DNA from: Octopus bimaculoides
Taxonomy: Eukaryota
Assembly: GCF_001194135.2 (NCBI RefSeq)
Contig: NC_068995.1
Location: forward strand, 44,562,697 to 44,626,696
Length of the DNA stretch: 64,000 nt
Direction: 5' to 3'
Shown piece after piece: positions 62,721-64,000 of this stretch (its first letter is position 1; each line of letters starts with the position of its first letter). Both the position numbers and the translations under genes were made by a program. Under the pieces are notes generated by a model. The model saw nothing but the letters and a program-made list of their open reading frames with translations, did not search any database and was not told the DNA's origin.

Positions 62721-64000
62721 CATGTATGTATATCGTCAGTGTATCTGTGTTGGCGATTGTATCTGGATGAAGTTGATGGAGACTGTGAAAAGATTTTGAG
62801 GCGCTATGTGGAGGATCTCTGTAAAAAGGAAACATATAATAGCAGACATAATCAGTGTGTGTGTACGTGTGTGTGTGTGTGTACGTGTACATGAATCCTT
62901 TGAGCGGTCTCTTAACGCGGTTAAAAACTCTTATGAACATGACATGATTTAGTTAAGACAGCTGCTAATTACACGCTTGATGTCTTCCACAGACACATGA
63001 CATAACCTACACATGCGGTTGCACCGTGGGATTGCAAGAGTGTCACTGTCTCTCTTGTTCACCAGGTATATTGTGACCAATCTCCTGTTCCTAGATTGCA
63101 AACGCATAGCCTTCAAAGTGTGATGTGATGTGATGTAGTGGTCTTGTGTCCAAGAGAGGCTACGCTTTGCGTCAATTCTATTGTTTTCTTTGTCTTTACA
63201 TTCTGAGTTCAAATTCCGCAGAGGTCGACTTTGCCTTTCATCTTTTCGGGGTCGATAAATTAAGTACCAGTTGTGTATTGAGGTCGTTCGAATCGACTGG
63301 CCCTCTCCCCCAAAATTTCGGGCCTTGTGCCTAGAGTAGAAAAAAAAAATTCTACTATCTTCTTCAAGCTTCCGGGCGAAAAAAAAAAAAAGACTATGTA
63401 AATTGTTTTAGCGACAACATCAGGGCGCATAGGGAGACCGTGACGACATTTTAGGACAACTGCTAATTACATGCGTGATGTCTTCCACAGAAACATGATA
63501 TAGCCTACACATAGTCTTTTTTTCTTTTTTTGTATGCTGAGTACTTCCCATCCAGGTTTTCATTTTTCAACAACATCAACAGGGTATGTATGTATGTATG
63601 TATGTATGTATGCATGTAGGTACGTTCCCTTCTGTTTTTATTTGAATTCTCCATCTGAAGAAGGAGCTGGTTTCTAACAAAGATACAAAGCTGCATCGTT
63701 GGAATGTAGTTAACAAGACAATGTCACATTCTAAACTTGAGAAGAGTTTTGCATATTTTTATTGTTCCATTTACAGATTGCATTTGTAATGTGCGGGTAA
63801 CTTGACTGGTTTCTTTTTCTGAGAACCCTAACTTATTCAGCTTGTCACTGAAGCATTTACTCACAAAGCCGAGAGCACTAAATTATTATTGGTGAGATGT
63901 ACGTATGTATGTATCTATGTATGTTTGTATGTATACAGGGACGTGCTCCCACTCAAGAAAAGACGTGCGCCCTTTTAAATAATGCTATTACGCCCTTTTC

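Noticed and set aside
1-64000. CRISPR arrays, rRNA, operons or other prokaryotic systems
   Set aside because: No regularly spaced repeat-spacer array or rRNA similarity was seen, and the genes have spliceosomal GT-AG introns.

Overview
Eukaryotic, AT-rich, intron-rich genomic DNA with many N gaps and microsatellites. The repeat families and gene content suggest an octopus (inference). Five protein-coding genes were reconstructed by hand from splice sites and phase continuity. (1) The last 4 coding exons of a tetraspanin (+, 2829-6479). (2) A complete 11-exon FAM172A/ARB2A model (-, 30058-10186, 450 aa). (3) A complete 4-exon NDUFA13/GRIM-19 model (-, 37235-33931, 151 aa). (4) A 5'-incomplete gene encoding two tandem, strongly degenerate macrodomains with no PARP domain after them (-, 47375-38792). 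(5) A single-coding-exon ZIP/SLC39 metal transporter (-, 59855-58236, 539 aa). The remainder is transposon-derived: several SINE families, R4/Dong-like and other RLE LINE fragments, RTE and Penelope fragments, two solo LTRs with 4-bp TSDs, and piggyBac-, mariner- and Merlin-like MITEs. The best leads are the pseudo-macrodomain gene, two hammerhead-ribozyme-like cores in small retroelements, a 464-bp foldback, a twin-priming-like inversion in an R4/Dong element, and MITEs carrying telomeric G4 repeats. All family assignments come from motif recognition by eye; no database search was run.
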